Shown here in pieces: positions 36,491 to 51,600 of a stretch of 64,000 bases of DNA. Where the stretch lies: contig NC_043004.1 of the NCBI RefSeq assembly GCF_006345805.1, positions 106,020,001 to 106,084,000 of the forward strand. Reading direction: 5' to 3'. The number at the start of each line of letters is the position of its first letter. Position 1 is the stretch's first letter. Made by a program: the position numbers and the translations under genes. The notes under the pieces are model-generated. The model did no database searches. It had not been told where the DNA came from and worked only from the letters and a program-made list of their open reading frames with translations. The DNA is from Octopus sinensis (taxonomy: Eukaryota).

Positions 36491-38699
36491 AAGAATCATT
36501 AGGATGATGGACAAGATGCTTTGCAGCATATCTTCTGACTTTATGCTCTGAGTTCAAATTCTATCAAGGTCGACTTTGCCACTCATCCTTTTGGGGTCAA
36601 TGAAATAAGTACCACTTGAGCACTGGGATCAATGTGATTGATTAGCCCCTTCCCAGTAAATTCAGGCCTTGTACCTTTAATAAAAAAAAGATAATATGTA
36701 TGGCCTCTTGCAAGAATAAATAGAGAGACTTCTATATAGAGAGAAACTGAATACTGTGAGTGTAGCTTTACAACCTCAAAGATGAGGGTAGATCGTAAAT
36801 GGGCTCAAACAATTAAGGCTGCAAATATCTTTTAATATACAAAAGCCAAAAATCACTTCAAAGTGTTAAATATCTAGCCAATATACTTCAAATAACTGTT
36901 ATTCTAGATTAGAATTCTGTTATTGTAGATTGAAAACATTCTTTAAAATAAACTTTTCCTCTAATTTATTTATAGCGTTTGTCATTTCCCTCAAAACTGA
37001 GAAGAATTTCATAACTGACTCAAAGTTTATTTCCTGACAAATCATTCCGGAAATTTTTCATTTTTATTTCTCTGTTCCACCTTCACATATTTTCCATCTT
37101 ATTTATTGGTTTCAAATTTTGGTACAAGGCCAGCAATATCGGGGGATGGGGGCTGGTCGATTACATCAACCTCAGTGCTCCACTGGTTCTTATTTTATCG
37201 ATCTTGGAAGGATGAAAAGCAAAGTCAACCTCAGCAGAATTTGAACTCAGAACATAAAGACAGACAAAATGATGCTAAGCATTTAGCTTGGCATGCTAAC
37301 AATTCTTTCAGCTCACTGCCTTGCCCATCTTATTTACAGAATACTGATTAGCATTGCTAGATGTTGGTTTTTTGTTATTACGTTTATCACTTGGGTTTTG
37401 TCAACAGTCAACACTGATATGTTGAGTTCTGTCCCTTCAATATTTCATATTTTATCAGTATTTTACATGGGACACATAAGAAATTTGTCAGAGTACTGTT
37501 AATAGTTTCTACATTTCTACCCATGTGTGTGTGTGTGTACCCTTGCCCTTGAGATCATGTGATGGTTGCAAATGAACATCACTATAATACAAAGATGTTC
37601 GTTTGTAGTCTTCTGTGAAAAAAATGTCTGACCAAGGGAAATCATCTTCTTGTTTGGAAACAGGTGAGGGTTGGAAACAGGAAAAGCATCCGGCCATCGA
37701 AAATTCTGTCTGATCATGCTGGTATGGATTGGTGGATGAAAAATGATGATGATTATGATTATGATGATGATGATATTTTAGTGTTTTACTCTGCCCTCGT
37801 AGTTGTTAGCACCATTTTACTTTGGCTAATTAGGTTTTGTCACTGATGTGCACCAATCAGCTTAATCTTCTCAGAATTTTCTGTCAATCAGCTATTTCTT
37901 CACCTGATTTTCTCTCACTCACTTCTACTCACCTTGTGTCTTGAGGGTCCACCCAGACATTTCATTACTACTATTTCTATCTTTTCAAAGCTCCACTCTA
38001 ATCATCCACTCTCTTCCTTCTAAAATGTGAGTAGCCCTGTAGCTCCCCTACAGCAAGAAACCTGTTCTGCTCTGTCCCCCTTTTCTTGTATTTTAATAAC
38101 TTCATCTTCTAACATATGGCCACCTCTCCCATGGTTTGTAGTCTTGCAAGCTGTATGGTGACCTCATTAGCACTGGTGGCATGAAAAAAAAACCATGGGA
38201 AAGCCATCCAACCATAGGAACCATGTTGAAGTAGGCATTGAGCAGTGTTGTCAAACTGTCCAACCAAAGCCATCATCTCACAGATTACATCGCTCAATGC
38301 TACAGTCAATGACAGCTTTCCGTTTTATCTTTTGCTTGTTTCAGTCATTGGACAACGCCCATACAGGAACACCTTCTTGAAGGGTCCCAGTCAAACAAAT
38401 TGACCCAAGTACTTATGGTATCTTTTTTTTTTTATGTCGGGTGTTTATTCTATTGGTCTCTTTTGGCAAACTGCTAAGTTACAGGGATGCAAACAAACCA
38501 ACACTGGTTGTCAAGCAGTGGGATGTATTGTGGCAAACTGACAAAAAGACACACACACACAACAGGTTTCCACACAGTTTCTGTCTACCAAATTCACAAG
38601 ACATTGGTCAGCCTAGGCCTATGGTAGAAGGTACCATGGAATGGAAATGAACTCAAAACCACATGGCTGCAAAGCAAACTTCTTAACCCACAACCATGC

Positions 38700-38736
<37 letters not shown>

Positions 38737-39380
38737 TATATATCAACAAAATATCTCTCATCCCTGTACAAATCTATTTATAAAACATATCCGACAAAGC
38801 AAGAAATAGCAACAGTAATACCTGTAAAAAAATTTTTTAAAAGCAGCTCAAGGACTGCTTCAATCACAAAACAACACCAGTTTGGTCACACATGAGCGAT
38901 AAACCAACTCAAAATATATATTTTTTCCCATGCCTTCATAATCATTCAACCAACAAGGCTTTCTTTTACTCTACATTTGACAATAACAACAGCTTTAATA
39001 TATACCACACCTATTCCAAGCAGCATAACTGAAAATAGTTTTTGTTCAACAGATTTTTCAAATAAGCCAAAAGTAGTCACTTGACCTGCTGGAAATAGCA
39101 ACCAATCTCCTTTAGTTTACGCTCTACAATCTTAAAATAAAATGTAGTTCACAGTAGACAAGATAGTTCTAGATACACGATCTGAAGAATACATTTAATA
39201 ATGTTTTACTCTAAATATAAAGCCTGTAAAAACAATGGGATTGTTGTGAGTCACAGTTAGAAAACTTTGGATAAGGAGATGGTAATCCCCTTTATATTAA
39301 CAGCCACAAGCAGAGGGCACCACATGTAAATAAACAATAATTTATCAAAATACTCTTTGACCAGTGTGTCTGAAAGTAAA

Positions 39381-39609
39381 TTAACCCTTTAGTTTTCAAA
39401 CTGGCCATATCAGGTCCAAATATTCTATCTGTTTTATGTTCAAAACAGCCAGATTTGGCTTCTCACACTTACCCAACAATGTCATTCTAAAAATAAAATA
39501 ATCAGAGCATCAGAATCTTGAAGCTACAAGATAATGCATGATTTATTGAAAACAAGGTGAATAAAAAAGTATTACTTTTGAAAGAGGAGTCTGAATGCTA
39601 AAGGGTTGA
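39381..39609. mobile_element. TTAA-associated (piggyBac-like) MITE
   Basis: ttaa|ccctttag...aatgctaaaggg|ttga. Confidence 0.8.
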
Positions 39610-40139
39610 CCCTTTCAAAATGAAGTTCTGATGTTTCTATACTGGTGAATAACAGAGTATTTTTTTAAGTTGTTAAGTTGTTTAAGTTGTCAAGCATTAC
39701 CTGCAATATTGTGAAGGACAAACTGTAATTTCATATTCACATAATAATGTTTATTCGCTGCAAACTTAGTATTTAACTGTGCAGGAAGAAAATTCCCATA
39801 ATGCTTTGTGACCCAGTCTCTCCTCAAAGATAGTCCTTCTCTAATGGTTAGCAATGCTTATACTTCAATATGTAATAACCTAAAGGTGGTGAACTGGCAG
39901 AATCATTAATTAGCATGTCAGGTGAGACACTTAGCAGCATTTCATCCTTCTTCACGTTTTGAGTTCAAATTCCACTGAGGTTGACTCTGCCCTTCATCTT
40001 TTGGGGGGTCAATAAAACAAGCAGCAGTTGAACAATGGGGTTGATGTAATCGACTTACCAATTCCCCGAAATTGCTGGCCTTGTGCCAAAATTTTAAATC
40101 AGTATGTTATAACCAAACTAATAACGGTTTGTTGTCAAC

Positions 40140-40610
40140 CTTATTGCTTATGTAGCTTAACAAAATCTATAACAATACCCAAGATGTTTGCAAGACCTCT
40201 GAGACTGGTGAGATTGATACAGGTGGTATCCAGTCTGAAAATATTCATGTTGTTGTGAATTTGCCAAAATAAGGGTGGAACAGGCATCTTGGAGGGAAAG
40301 GATTGAAGTAAGCAGTTAGTGCAAGACCTGTAGATTAAAACAGAGTATAGTGAACAAGAGGAGGAAAAACCATGCATTTTGAGTGGATCTGTTTGGAGGT
40401 TGTGTGCAGCAAAACAGCTCAGAAGATTAGAAGCTATTGTAGTAGAAGTAGATTTGATTCTGAGGAAAAAATGGTAATCCTGTGAAGTAGTGATGCCGAG
40501 TGAGTTGTTGTCCGTTGAATGGTTGTCTTTTGTGCCTGATTTAGAATGTCTGTGTATGAACTGGAAGTAACAGCTCAGATATGAGAGCAATATTCCATTG
40601 CAGGAAGGCG
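40140..40610 (-). mobile_element. Non-LTR retrotransposon ORF2 C-terminal remnant
   Basis: Minus frame PAMEYCSHI*... resembles the MEYCSHIW motif of CR1/Jockey-group LINEs; listed ORF 40141-40590 is an off-frame by-product. Confidence 0.6.
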
Positions 40611-40836
40611 GCAGGAGCTGGCAGAATCGTTAGCATGCTGGGCAAAATGCTTAGCAGTAATTCGTCTGCCATTACATTCTGAGTTCAAATTCCGCCAAGA
40701 TCAACTTAGCCTTTCATCCTTTCGGGGTCGATTAAATAAGTACCAGTTACACACTGTAATCGACTTAATCCCTTTGTCTGTCCTTGTTTGTGACCTCTAT
40801 GTTTAAGCCCCTGTGGGCAATAACGAAATAATTATT

Positions 40837-40874
<38 letters not shown>

Positions 40875-41891
40875 TATATATATATATATATATATTTAGC
40901 AAAATACTTGACATTATATTTGCTATAATATTTGCAGCTTGAAATAAAATGTTCATAGTATGAAACAATTGTACTAATCTACCGATCCATTCTTGTTGCT
41001 TTTTTCTTGGTTATATATATATTTATATATATCCAAAATCAGGGAATGGAGTAGCTAAAATCCAGGCTATATATGTTTCATAGCTAGCAGAACCTCAGAA
41101 GTAGTAATTATCCAAATGAGGGGTAATCCACTAGCTACTCGTTGGGCCAAAGATACCTTAATCAAAAGAAATTTACATTGTTGTCAAGGGACACCATGTT
41201 GACTCGCAGGTGATTCAATCACAAAAAAAAAAAAAAAAATGCCACACACACACACACACACTTATTTCTAACAGGAAGTTTGGAAAATTGGACTGGATTG
41301 ATCTAAGCAATTATCATAATGTTCCTTGTAGGTTTTAATTAAAACTCTTGAATTCCCAATCCAAGAAAGAAGCTTCTAAAAGCACACTTAAAAGAAACAA
41401 AAGTAGATTTTGGATAAAGTAGTCCTAGTCTCCTTTGCCAAACCATGAAGTTACTGGGGACATAAGCAAATCAACACCGGTTGTCAGTCAAGTGGGGATA
41501 TGGGATAAACACTGTACAAACAGGCTTCCTCACATTTTTGGCTAAGAAATTCACTTACAAGCTTTGGGTTGGCTCAGGACTAGAGTAGAAGAAACTTATC
41601 CAAGGTGTCACACAGTGGGACTGAAACCAAGATCCCATGGTTGCAAAGTGAGCTTTTAACCACACAGCCATGCATATACCCTTCAATAAAACTGCTCTGT
41701 GATTGATTAAACAGTACAAAGTAGAGAGAGTCTGTTAGGTGGAGAATTGGATAAAAGGTAACCTTATATTCGTTTGTCAGATAAATGAGATCTGCTAATA
41801 TTATAATGATGTTGATGGTACTTTTGTCTGATGTTGTTGGTTATCATCATCATCATCATCATTGCCATTGGCATGAAAAATGATGGATTTA

Positions 41892-41930
<39 letters not shown>

Positions 41931-42069
41931 TCTTAAAACAGAAATATTCCTGGTGTGTGGGGAAACAGAATAAGTAGAGTGTGTGTGTGTGTGTGTGTGC
42001 CTGTGGCTTAATACAAATGCAAACACTCACAAGTGGTCACAACTACCACCACCACCCAAACATATATGT

Positions 42070-42106
<37 letters not shown>

Positions 42107-42278
42107 GCACACACATACACATAACATACATTCTTTTATTCTCTTAAATACAGGTAGCCATAACGAACAAAAACAAAACAAACTAGATATATTAAACACA
42201 CTCATATAAACACACATTGTCACACACATATATACAAACTCCTGCACATCCACTAACTCAGACACCTGCACACAGAGA

Positions 42279-42315
<37 letters not shown>

Positions 42316-42761
42316 TCACACTCACACACACACAGACACGGAGGCACACACATGCACATCCTCTATTCACAGAAGCCGTTCTCAGTGATGTTGTACAATT
42401 AATCTTCGGCTGTAAAAAGCTCAATGGTCCATTGAACATTTGATAGCAAATAAAAGAAAACAACAATCACATCAGGAGAGCAACAATGAAGATGAATGGC
42501 CGTGGCTCAAGTAGTGCAGACATGGAGAATCATCAAATAGTTTGCAGAAATTATATTGGTATCTTTGACTAATTCATACATGGTTGATGTTGGTTGTTCT
42601 TTTTGTTGTTGATGTTGTTGTTGTTGTTGTTGTTGTTGCACATTATTTTTTTATGGCAGCATCCCAGCTAATATAGACAGCTGAGTCAATAGTTTGCTTA
42701 ATTTTATTATTTTGTTTGTTTGTGAGTGTCTATATATATGTGTGTGTGTATGTGTGTGTGT

Positions 42762-42798
<37 letters not shown>

Positions 42799-42981
42799 GG
42801 GGGGAGAAAGCCTGAGGGAGAACATGTGTGTGTGTGTGTGTTTCTATTGCTGAGTCAACTCCTGTCTGCCTTGTCTTTTTTTGTCCTTTTTTTCCTTTAT
42901 ATATCCATATCGGCAACATATACTATATAAACTCAAACAAACACACACACATGATATAACATACATGTACACATACCACCC

Positions 42982-43025
<44 letters not shown>

Positions 43026-43721
43026 TTTATTATATGTATATATATATATATATATACACACACATATATACATATACATATCAATGCACACTACACACAC
43101 ATACACACACACAGTACATTAAACAAATTATATACTTGATTCTAAAAATCACTATAACACTGACAATAACTGGAATTTTGCTGTTTTAACATAGGCAAGA
43201 AGACAACAGCAACAGTAACAACAGCCTTTATAATGATAACGAAGTGACAGCATTAGCTAGAATAATATATATTAATTAATCAGAGTATATCCTTAGGTTT
43301 GATATCTTCACAGGTGGATGGCCTTCCTACCCATAGAAGTTGTGTAAAAGGTAACTGGAGGGAAGCCTTTATGTTCTTCATTTACTTCTTTTACATGATT
43401 CACTCATTGAACTATGGCCATGCTGGGGCACCACCTTAAAGAGTTTAGTTTTAAAAATTGACTCCAGTACTTATTTTTTAACTCTGGTACTTACCTGATT
43501 GGATATCTTTTGCTCAGCTGCTGGGTTACAAGGATATTAAACAAACCAACACCGGTTGTCAAGTGGTGAGACACAAAGACATACATACATACATACAAAA
43601 ATGCCCTTTTGATGTTGAAATTCCAATGAAGGAGCCTTGAATCTAGGTTAGAAACCAGCTCTTTCTCTATTGGCAAAAAATCTTGAAATAAAACTGAATA
43701 ATGACGTAATAGTAGTTGTGA

Positions 43722-44045
43722 TACCTGTGCCGGTGGCACATAAAAAGCACCATCCGAACATGGCTGTTGCCAGCGCTGCCTCGACTGGCTTCTGTGCCGG
43801 TGGCACATAAAAAGCACCATCCGAACGTGGCCGATGCCAGCGCCGCCTCGACTGGCTTCTGTGCCGGTGGCACGTAAAAAGCACCCACTACGCTCGCGGA
43901 GTGGTTGGCATTAGGAAGAGCATCCAGCTGTAGAAACACTGCCAGATCAGACTGGAGCCTGGTGCAGCCCCTGGCTTCCCAGACCCCGGTCGAACCATCC
44001 AACCCGTGCTAGCGCGGAAAACGGACATTAAACGATGATGATGAT
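43722..44045 (+). mobile_element. RTE-tailed VNTR SINE, 3 units of 67 bp
   Basis: gtgccggtggcac at 43727, 43794 and 43861; units nearly identical. Confidence 0.9.
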
Positions 44046-44602
44046 ACATATGAACGTGAATACCTACGTACGTACATACATAAGTATGCGTATACGTAGG
44101 TATGTACGCAAGCTTCATAACCACATACCCATGTTTACACTGTACTTACTTGTGAATAATGGCTACGATTATACATTCAATAATCTTCAGCACAGTTACC
44201 ATCTCATGACTGCCACTTACAAGGTATTGCTCACTCTGAGGTTCAAGATGCAAGTTGAGATTGAACCCTGAGCCATGTGGTTGCAAGGCAAACTTCTTAA
44301 CTACACAGCCATGCCTGTGCTCATAGATTATATAGAAAAACGAAGTGGGAAAAGGTTAAGGATTTTTCGGGCTTAAAAGAGAAAAAAACAACCTTTAACT
44401 TCACCCTACCTTTTTCTTTTTACCATAGTGCTGGTGCCACATAAAAAGCATCCAGTCCACACTGTAAAGTGGTTGGCATTTGGAAGGGCATCCAGCCCAT
44501 AAAAACCATGCCATGACAAGGTACTGTAGCCTGGTGCAGACTTCTGTCTAGCAGCTCCTATCAAACCATCCAACCCATGCCAGTGTACAGAGTGAATGTT
44601 AA

Positions 44603-44649
<47 letters not shown>

Positions 44650-44879
44650 GGTGGTGGTGGTGGCGGCAGCGGCAATGGTGATGATGATGATGACTTCAGC
44701 TGAAGTAGACTCTATTTCAATAAATTTCAAAAATAATGGACAATGTAATAAAATGATGTTTCTGTTACTAAAGCTCATGTTTGGAAGAATGAATGGGAAA
44801 TTTTAATTTAGAATACTTTAAAACACAAATTTTGTAGCATGGACCCAAGAGTAGACTTGGGCAGGATTGTATTCTAGTT

Positions 44880-45280
44880 TACTCTTTTACTTGTTTCAGT
44901 CATTTGACTGTGGCCATGCTGGTGCACTGCCTTTAGTCGAACAAATCGACCCCAGGACTTATTCCTTGTAAGCCCAGTACTTATTCTATCGGTATCTTTT
45001 GCCGAACCGCTAAGTGACAGGGACATAAACACACCAGCATCGGTTGTCAAGCGATGCTAGGGGGATAAACACAGACAGACAAACATGCACACACACACAT
45101 ATATATACATATATACGACAGGCTTCTTTGAGTTTCCATCTACCAAATCCACTCACAAGGCTTTGGTTGGCCCAAGACACTTGGTAGAAGACACTTGCTC
45201 AAGATGCCACGCAGTGGGACTGAACCTGGAGTCATGTGGTTGGTAAGCAAGCTACTTACCAGACAGCCACTCCTGCACCT
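44880..45280 (-). mobile_element. SINE family A, full length
   Basis: Reverse complement of 7636-8043 from tail to cagccactcctgcacc. Confidence 0.92.
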
Positions 45281-45904
45281 ATTAGAAATTATTTACAGGA
45301 AAGTAACAGCTGGGCAAAAGCACCTCTTCACAAACCAGCTACAAAATCTTTAACAATCTTTCACAGCAACTACATGTCTATGACATAGCCAAATATTCAC
45401 CTCAAAAGACAGGCTAAAAACTACTTCAGATATGAACAGCTGCTAATACTTTTGAAGGTACAAGTGGGCCTCATATTCAAGCATTGCTCATATATCTTGG
45501 ACTGAGCAGATGTTTCACATATACATGTACACACACACACACATACACACTTTCAAACACATTGACAGTTGCATATATATATATATATATGCATAAGCAA
45601 TATATGTAAGCATAATTATTCATTAAATTTTCAGCAGTTTTGTAATTAGATTTTACATAATAAAAAGAAATATGTAAACAGCTTGTTTTTTATTTGCTCT
45701 GTGTGTGCATGTGTGTGTTTTACATGGATGTATATATGTAAGTTATAAGCAAAAGAAAACTGAATGATAATTTGCAGGTTACTATTATCATCATTGTTTT
45801 GTGTTGATGCAGGCTTTTACAGCCAGATGCTTTACATGTTGCCAGCTCTCATCTGTTTCCAAGCAAGGTCATATTACCTCATGACCAGATTCTAAGCTTC
45901 ATGT

Positions 45905-46030
45905 TACAACTGTCAGTTTTACAGCTCTTCAGGTAATGTGGAGTAATATCTTATAATCAGTAGTCAATAATACACCTTATTCCACATTACCTGATGAGCC
46001 ATGTTATGGTGAAACTAAAAGCTATAATGT
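45905..46030. ncRNA. Two divergent hammerhead-like motifs sharing an inverted 5' flank
   Basis: +: ACATTAC-CTGATGA-GCCAT(gtt)ATGGT-GAAAC-TAAAAGCT-ATAATGT (45984-46030). -: CATTAC-CTGAAGA-GCTGT-AAAAC-TGACAGTT-GTAA. 23-bp inverted repeat with 2 mismatches and a 30-nt spacer. Confidence 0.5.
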
Positions 46031-46269
46031 AAATGAAATCTCCAGTTATTAAGTTGTGTGTGTCTGTGTGTGTGTGTGTGTGACTGGAGGATGTTTGTTA
46101 TATACGAGTAGGACCAACAATAATCATAAAATGTAAAAGAGAGAGTTTGGGGTTGCCTCAATGAATGTGTATGGTGGGATTCAGCATAGTTACAGGGTGA
46201 ATTGTACAAATATTCTACAAGACATCAAGACATACTGTGCACTCTGTTTTCCATACATGCCAAACCTAA

Positions 46270-46307
<38 letters not shown>

Positions 46308-46349
46308 TATATATACATACATCATATAATGTATATATATATATATATA

Positions 46350-46383
<34 letters not shown>

Positions 46384-46591
46384 CTATATATATATATACA
46401 CATATATATATATATTATATATATATATTATATATATATACATCATACATTATTATATATATATATAGATATATATAATATATATAGTATATATATTATA
46501 TGTGTATAGATATATATATACATACATACATACATTATATATATACATACACACATATATGCATATATAATATATACATATACACCATAAT

Positions 46592-46648
<57 letters not shown>

Positions 46649-46652
46649 GTGT

Positions 46653-46683
<31 letters not shown>

Positions 46684-47067
46684 AGTATATAATATATATA
46701 TGTATGTATATAAGGGAAGAAAGGAAAGGGCAATTGTATCCTTCTTACTATAGGTGCAAGGCCTGAAATTTTAAAAGAGGTGGCTAGTTGATTACATCAA
46801 CCCCATTGCTCAACTGCTACTTATTTCATCGATCCCAAAGAGGATGAAAATCAAAGTGGACCTGGACCTTGGGGGAATTTGAACTCAGAATGTGAAAATG
46901 GACGCGATACTGCTGAGCATTTTGTTCAGTGTCCTAACAATTCTGCCTGCCATAAGATATATATACATACATACATATATATATATATATTATTATATAT
47001 ATATATACATATATATCCAATAGAGGTACAATCAACAAACAAGTGCTCCATCCAGTTAGAGATAAAT

Positions 47068-47667
47068 ATCAATTTAATATACAACTGAAAGAGCTGCTAA
47101 TAATTTCAAGCTTTTATGATACTTGAACATGCATATTTATGAAATACGCCATGTATCTTAAAGCAGTTTTTCAGGTTCTGGTTATGTGTTGTATATATAT
47201 TTTAGAAAGCAAGGATGCTGGACAATAAGGAAATAAGAAAAAAAACCATGAAGAAGGTTGGTGCAAAAAATGGAAGGAGATAAAATAAACAAAATCAAGA
47301 AAACCAAGATCCTCATCCTCCCTGATTGAAGAAAGCACATTAAATACGACTGGCATAGAAGGATTTGCAGAAAATAGGTTCTAGGCCAGTTGTGTTTAAT
47401 GTACTTTCTACAATCAGAGATCTTAGTTTTCTTGATTTTGGTTCTTTTTTCTCCTTCCATTTTTTGCACCAAACTTCTGCACATTTTCCCCTCATTTTTT
47501 CTTATTTTCTTATTGTCCAACATCCTTGCTTTTTAAAATATATATAACACATAACCAGAGCCTGAAAGATTGCTTTGAGATACATGCCGTACTTTAGAAA
47601 TATGCCTGTTCAAGTATCATAACAGCATGAAACTATTAGTTGCTCTTTCGGTTGTGTATTAATTGAT
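47068..47667. repeat. 600-bp foldback (arms ~290 bp, 18-nt loop)
   Basis: Left arm 47068-47360 is the reverse complement of 47379-47667 with scattered substitutions and small indels. Confidence 0.93.
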
Positions 47668-48081
47668 GTTATATATGTATATATATATATATATATATGT
47701 ATATGTATAATGTATATATATATTAAATATTTGTATATATATATATATATATTCTATATATATATATATATATATATATAATAATAATAAATATTAGGGA
47801 ATAAATCCAAATTTACAGGGAAAAAATCAGATTTAGGATAAATAAATCCAATTTAATAGTAAAATATTATAAAATATTATTGACTATTTATTAAATTTTA
47901 TGTATTGATTAAGTCTTTCCTTGTTTGTTTTGCAAAATAGTGGTTTTGTCTCTAATAATATTTTATATATTATATAATATATATATATATATATTATATA
48001 TAATATATATTATGTATATATATATATAATTGGTGCACCTGAGCACTGTATACAATAATTTCATTATATTATTATTATATG

Positions 48082-48115
<34 letters not shown>

Positions 48116-48160
48116 ATGTATATATATATGTATATATATATGTATATATATATGTATATA

Positions 48161-48211
<51 letters not shown>

Positions 48212-48427
48212 GTATATATGTATATATATAACCCATGCTAGCATGGAGAACGGACGTTAAAAACGATGATGATGATGGTGATGTATATATAATATTATAT
48301 CAACCGTCACCATGACCGACCAGGCTATCAGATGTTGCTACACGTCGCTAGTCATAATGCACTTTGCATTGTTTTAAGCCTTTAAATGACGCCACTCCAC
48401 TGGCTAAGTGAGCAGGCCGATATATAT

Positions 48428-48512
<85 letters not shown>

Positions 48513-48578
48513 ATACTATATATATATTATATATATTATACACATATATATATATATTATATACATATATATATATAC

Positions 48579-48639
<61 letters not shown>

Positions 48640-51600
48640 TGTTGATGTCATAAGAATTTGTACACTTTCAAGAGAATGTGAAATAAATTTTTTTTTTTTA
48701 ACATTGGATAACTAAGCACATGAAGCTACATAACTGCATGTAAAACCAACATCTCTTGTAGACATGTCTACAAGAGATGTGAGTTCAAGTCCCACAGGCA
48801 GTGTTCAGCCTTTTCTATTCAAAGGGTATATTTACCCCAATATTTCCATGCCATCATTTATAGCTTTATTTTTTGCCTAAGCTCCACTGATCCCAGAAGA
48901 ATTATAAATACATGCATATATAATAATAATAATACACACACACACATATGCATTTATTCATTTATAGCAAAACATGACTAAACTCTTTGCATACCAAAAC
49001 ACTTATATACATTCACACACACACACATACATTTTTCTTCCTGTTTTTTTTTTTTTTTAATGTATAGCCTGTATATTTAATTAAATCAATCCAAAGATTT
49101 CTTCTTTCCCTGAGGTGAAACCATTGGTCAGTTTTGAAACCCTGAAATTCCCAACACCCACAATAAATGATATATTTAACTATATAGATCTAATTATTTA
49201 ATAAATATTTTCATTAGTGAATTAATTACAACAGCCCTTTGTACATTACACAGACAAACCGCTTTGGTTTTTGTAACATTTTCTTTTTGCTTTTTGCAGA
49301 CCATTTCAAATGATGCACCTATTCAGTATTGATGATATAAATATATTGCCTTCTCCTTATTTCCACAGTGTTCCACTCTGTTTCAATTTGAACTATTCCC
49401 ATTGTGTCTATTTTATTTTTATTTCTTTGTATTTGGGGATATTAATTAATTAATGCTTATTTATTCAGTATGTGTGAAAAGGAAGGAGGATGATTGCCAA
49501 TAACAGAGAGGTAAAGAGAAAGAATGTTTTCATATCTCAACATTCTTTATTCTTGAATCTAACCCAGCAGCCTTTATTACTTCCAAACCTCCACCCCAAC
49601 CCCACAGTTTTCCTTTATTCTTCTTCTTTTTCTACTCAGATCTCTCTGTACACCCCCCACCCTATTTGTTGCTATTATTGTTGTGCTGTGGATGATCCTA
49701 CTTCAATAGCAGGTCTATGATCAAAGTTGCTCCAGCCTTGACTATCTTATCTTTATTTTTAGACATAGTATATCAGAGACCATACTATTCTTGTTTTGTT
49801 TTTGTGAGATGGCAAAATATGATTAGGCTGGTATCTCTAGCAGGTCAAGTAATCTTACACAGGCTCCAACTTTGGCTTCTTGTCATTGCTTAATTGCCGG
49901 TCAGCCATGATTTAGCAAACCTATAACCAGAAGCATTTCAATCTTGACCAACTCCCCTACATTTTCCCATGTAATGCCTCTAGGACTACACCATCCAAAG
50001 TTTCTTTCCCTTTTCATGATAGTAGAATGTTATGATTTGGTTGTAATTTCTAACAGGTCAAGTGGCCACATAGCTCTCCTCATTGGTTCTACCACCTGAA
50101 TTTTTTTCCAAAGAGTGTCCAAATCCCAAGATCAACATCAAATACAGGAAAAGGGTCCCAAATATATTTCTAAAATTTCATCAGCATGGTTGTGTGATTA
50201 AGAAGCTCACTTTGTGACCACATGGTTTCAGGTTCAGTCCCACTGCATGGTACCTTGGGCAAATGTCATCATGTCTTCCACAATAGTCATGGGCTGACCG
50301 ATGCCTTGTGAGTGAATTTGCTAGATGAAAATTGCGTAGAAACTTGGAAACTCATTATATATGTGTGTTTGTGTGTGTGTGTGTGTGTGTGTATCACTGT
50401 CACCACTACCCTACTGTTTGACAACTGGCGTTGGTTTGTTTACATTCCTGAAACTCAGTGGTTTGGAAAAAGTCGGATATAATAAGTACCAGGATTTAGA
50501 ATAAGCGTTGGGGTTGATCTGTACAACTAAAATTCATTGAGGTGGTGCCCCAGCATGGCCAAAGCCAATGAACAATAAAAGCTTCCAATTTGTTATTGTT
50601 GTTCAACTCTGACCGAGCAGACCTATAATCAAAGACACTCCAGTTGTGACCATCCCAACTCTTTCAGGAAATCTAAGACTGCATTATTACTGTGTTCTCT
50701 TTTTAATATGGCAGAGGTGATATGAGTGAAATTTAGCTGCTATATATAGCAAGTCAAACAATTCTGTAGAGATTTTGCACAATAGACTGTATAGATATTT
50801 GGTGAGTAGACATTTCTATAGTTCTCTAGATAGAATGCGGAAGGGTTGTATAGAAAGATGATATATTGATTTCAGGAAATGTTCCAGTTTACTGGACAAT
50901 GGCTTTTTATTCATTTTTTATTCTTTTTTATTTATTTATTTTGCATCAACTCTCTTAGTTCTGTGTGTTTGTTTCTTTCTGTCTACCTTTCTAATAACCA
51001 TCTATCTAATTTGTAATAATTCTGTCTCTCTGTCATGTATGTCTTGTAAATCAAGGGTCATGAACTGAATTCTCACCTTGGGTTGGACAGGGTGACCAGA
51101 GCTAGCAAGCAGGTGGGGCTGTGCCAGACTCCAGTCTGATTTGGCATGGTTTCTATGGCTTGATGTCCTTCCTAATGCCAACCACTTTACAGTGTGTGCT
51201 GGGTGCTTTTATATGACACTGCTGACATCAAATGATGGTGTTTGGCAGAGTGGGGTGGCAGATAAACACACACACACACACACACACATGTATACACACA
51301 ATGAACTTCCAAATTCACTCATTAGACATTGGTCAGCCCAGGACCATAGTAGAAGGCAAATGCCCAAGGTGTCACACAGTGGGATGGAGCCCAAAGCCAT
51401 TTGGTTGCAAAACAAGCTTCTTAACTAAACTGTCATGCCGCCTGTACTTACGTATATATGTATATTTTTGTATGTATTCATGTCGTAAGATATGAACTAT
51501 TCTAAGAGTTATAATCATTCTCTGAGTAGTAATAATCAATTCATCTTTCATGGCCATTAGTGTCGTTTTAAAACCGTTCCGCTACTTAAACAAGGTGTAT

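Noticed and set aside
43667-44124. ORFs repeating GAFYVPPA / WCFLCATGT (also at 10713-11210, 23445, 34634)
   Set aside because: Products of the SINE VNTR; considered as a CRISPR-like array, but units lack unique spacers and the context is eukaryotic.
49280-49335. Strong + acceptor ttttgctttttgcag followed by TISNDAPIQY*
   Set aside because: No credible donor; early stop; could not be linked to other exons.
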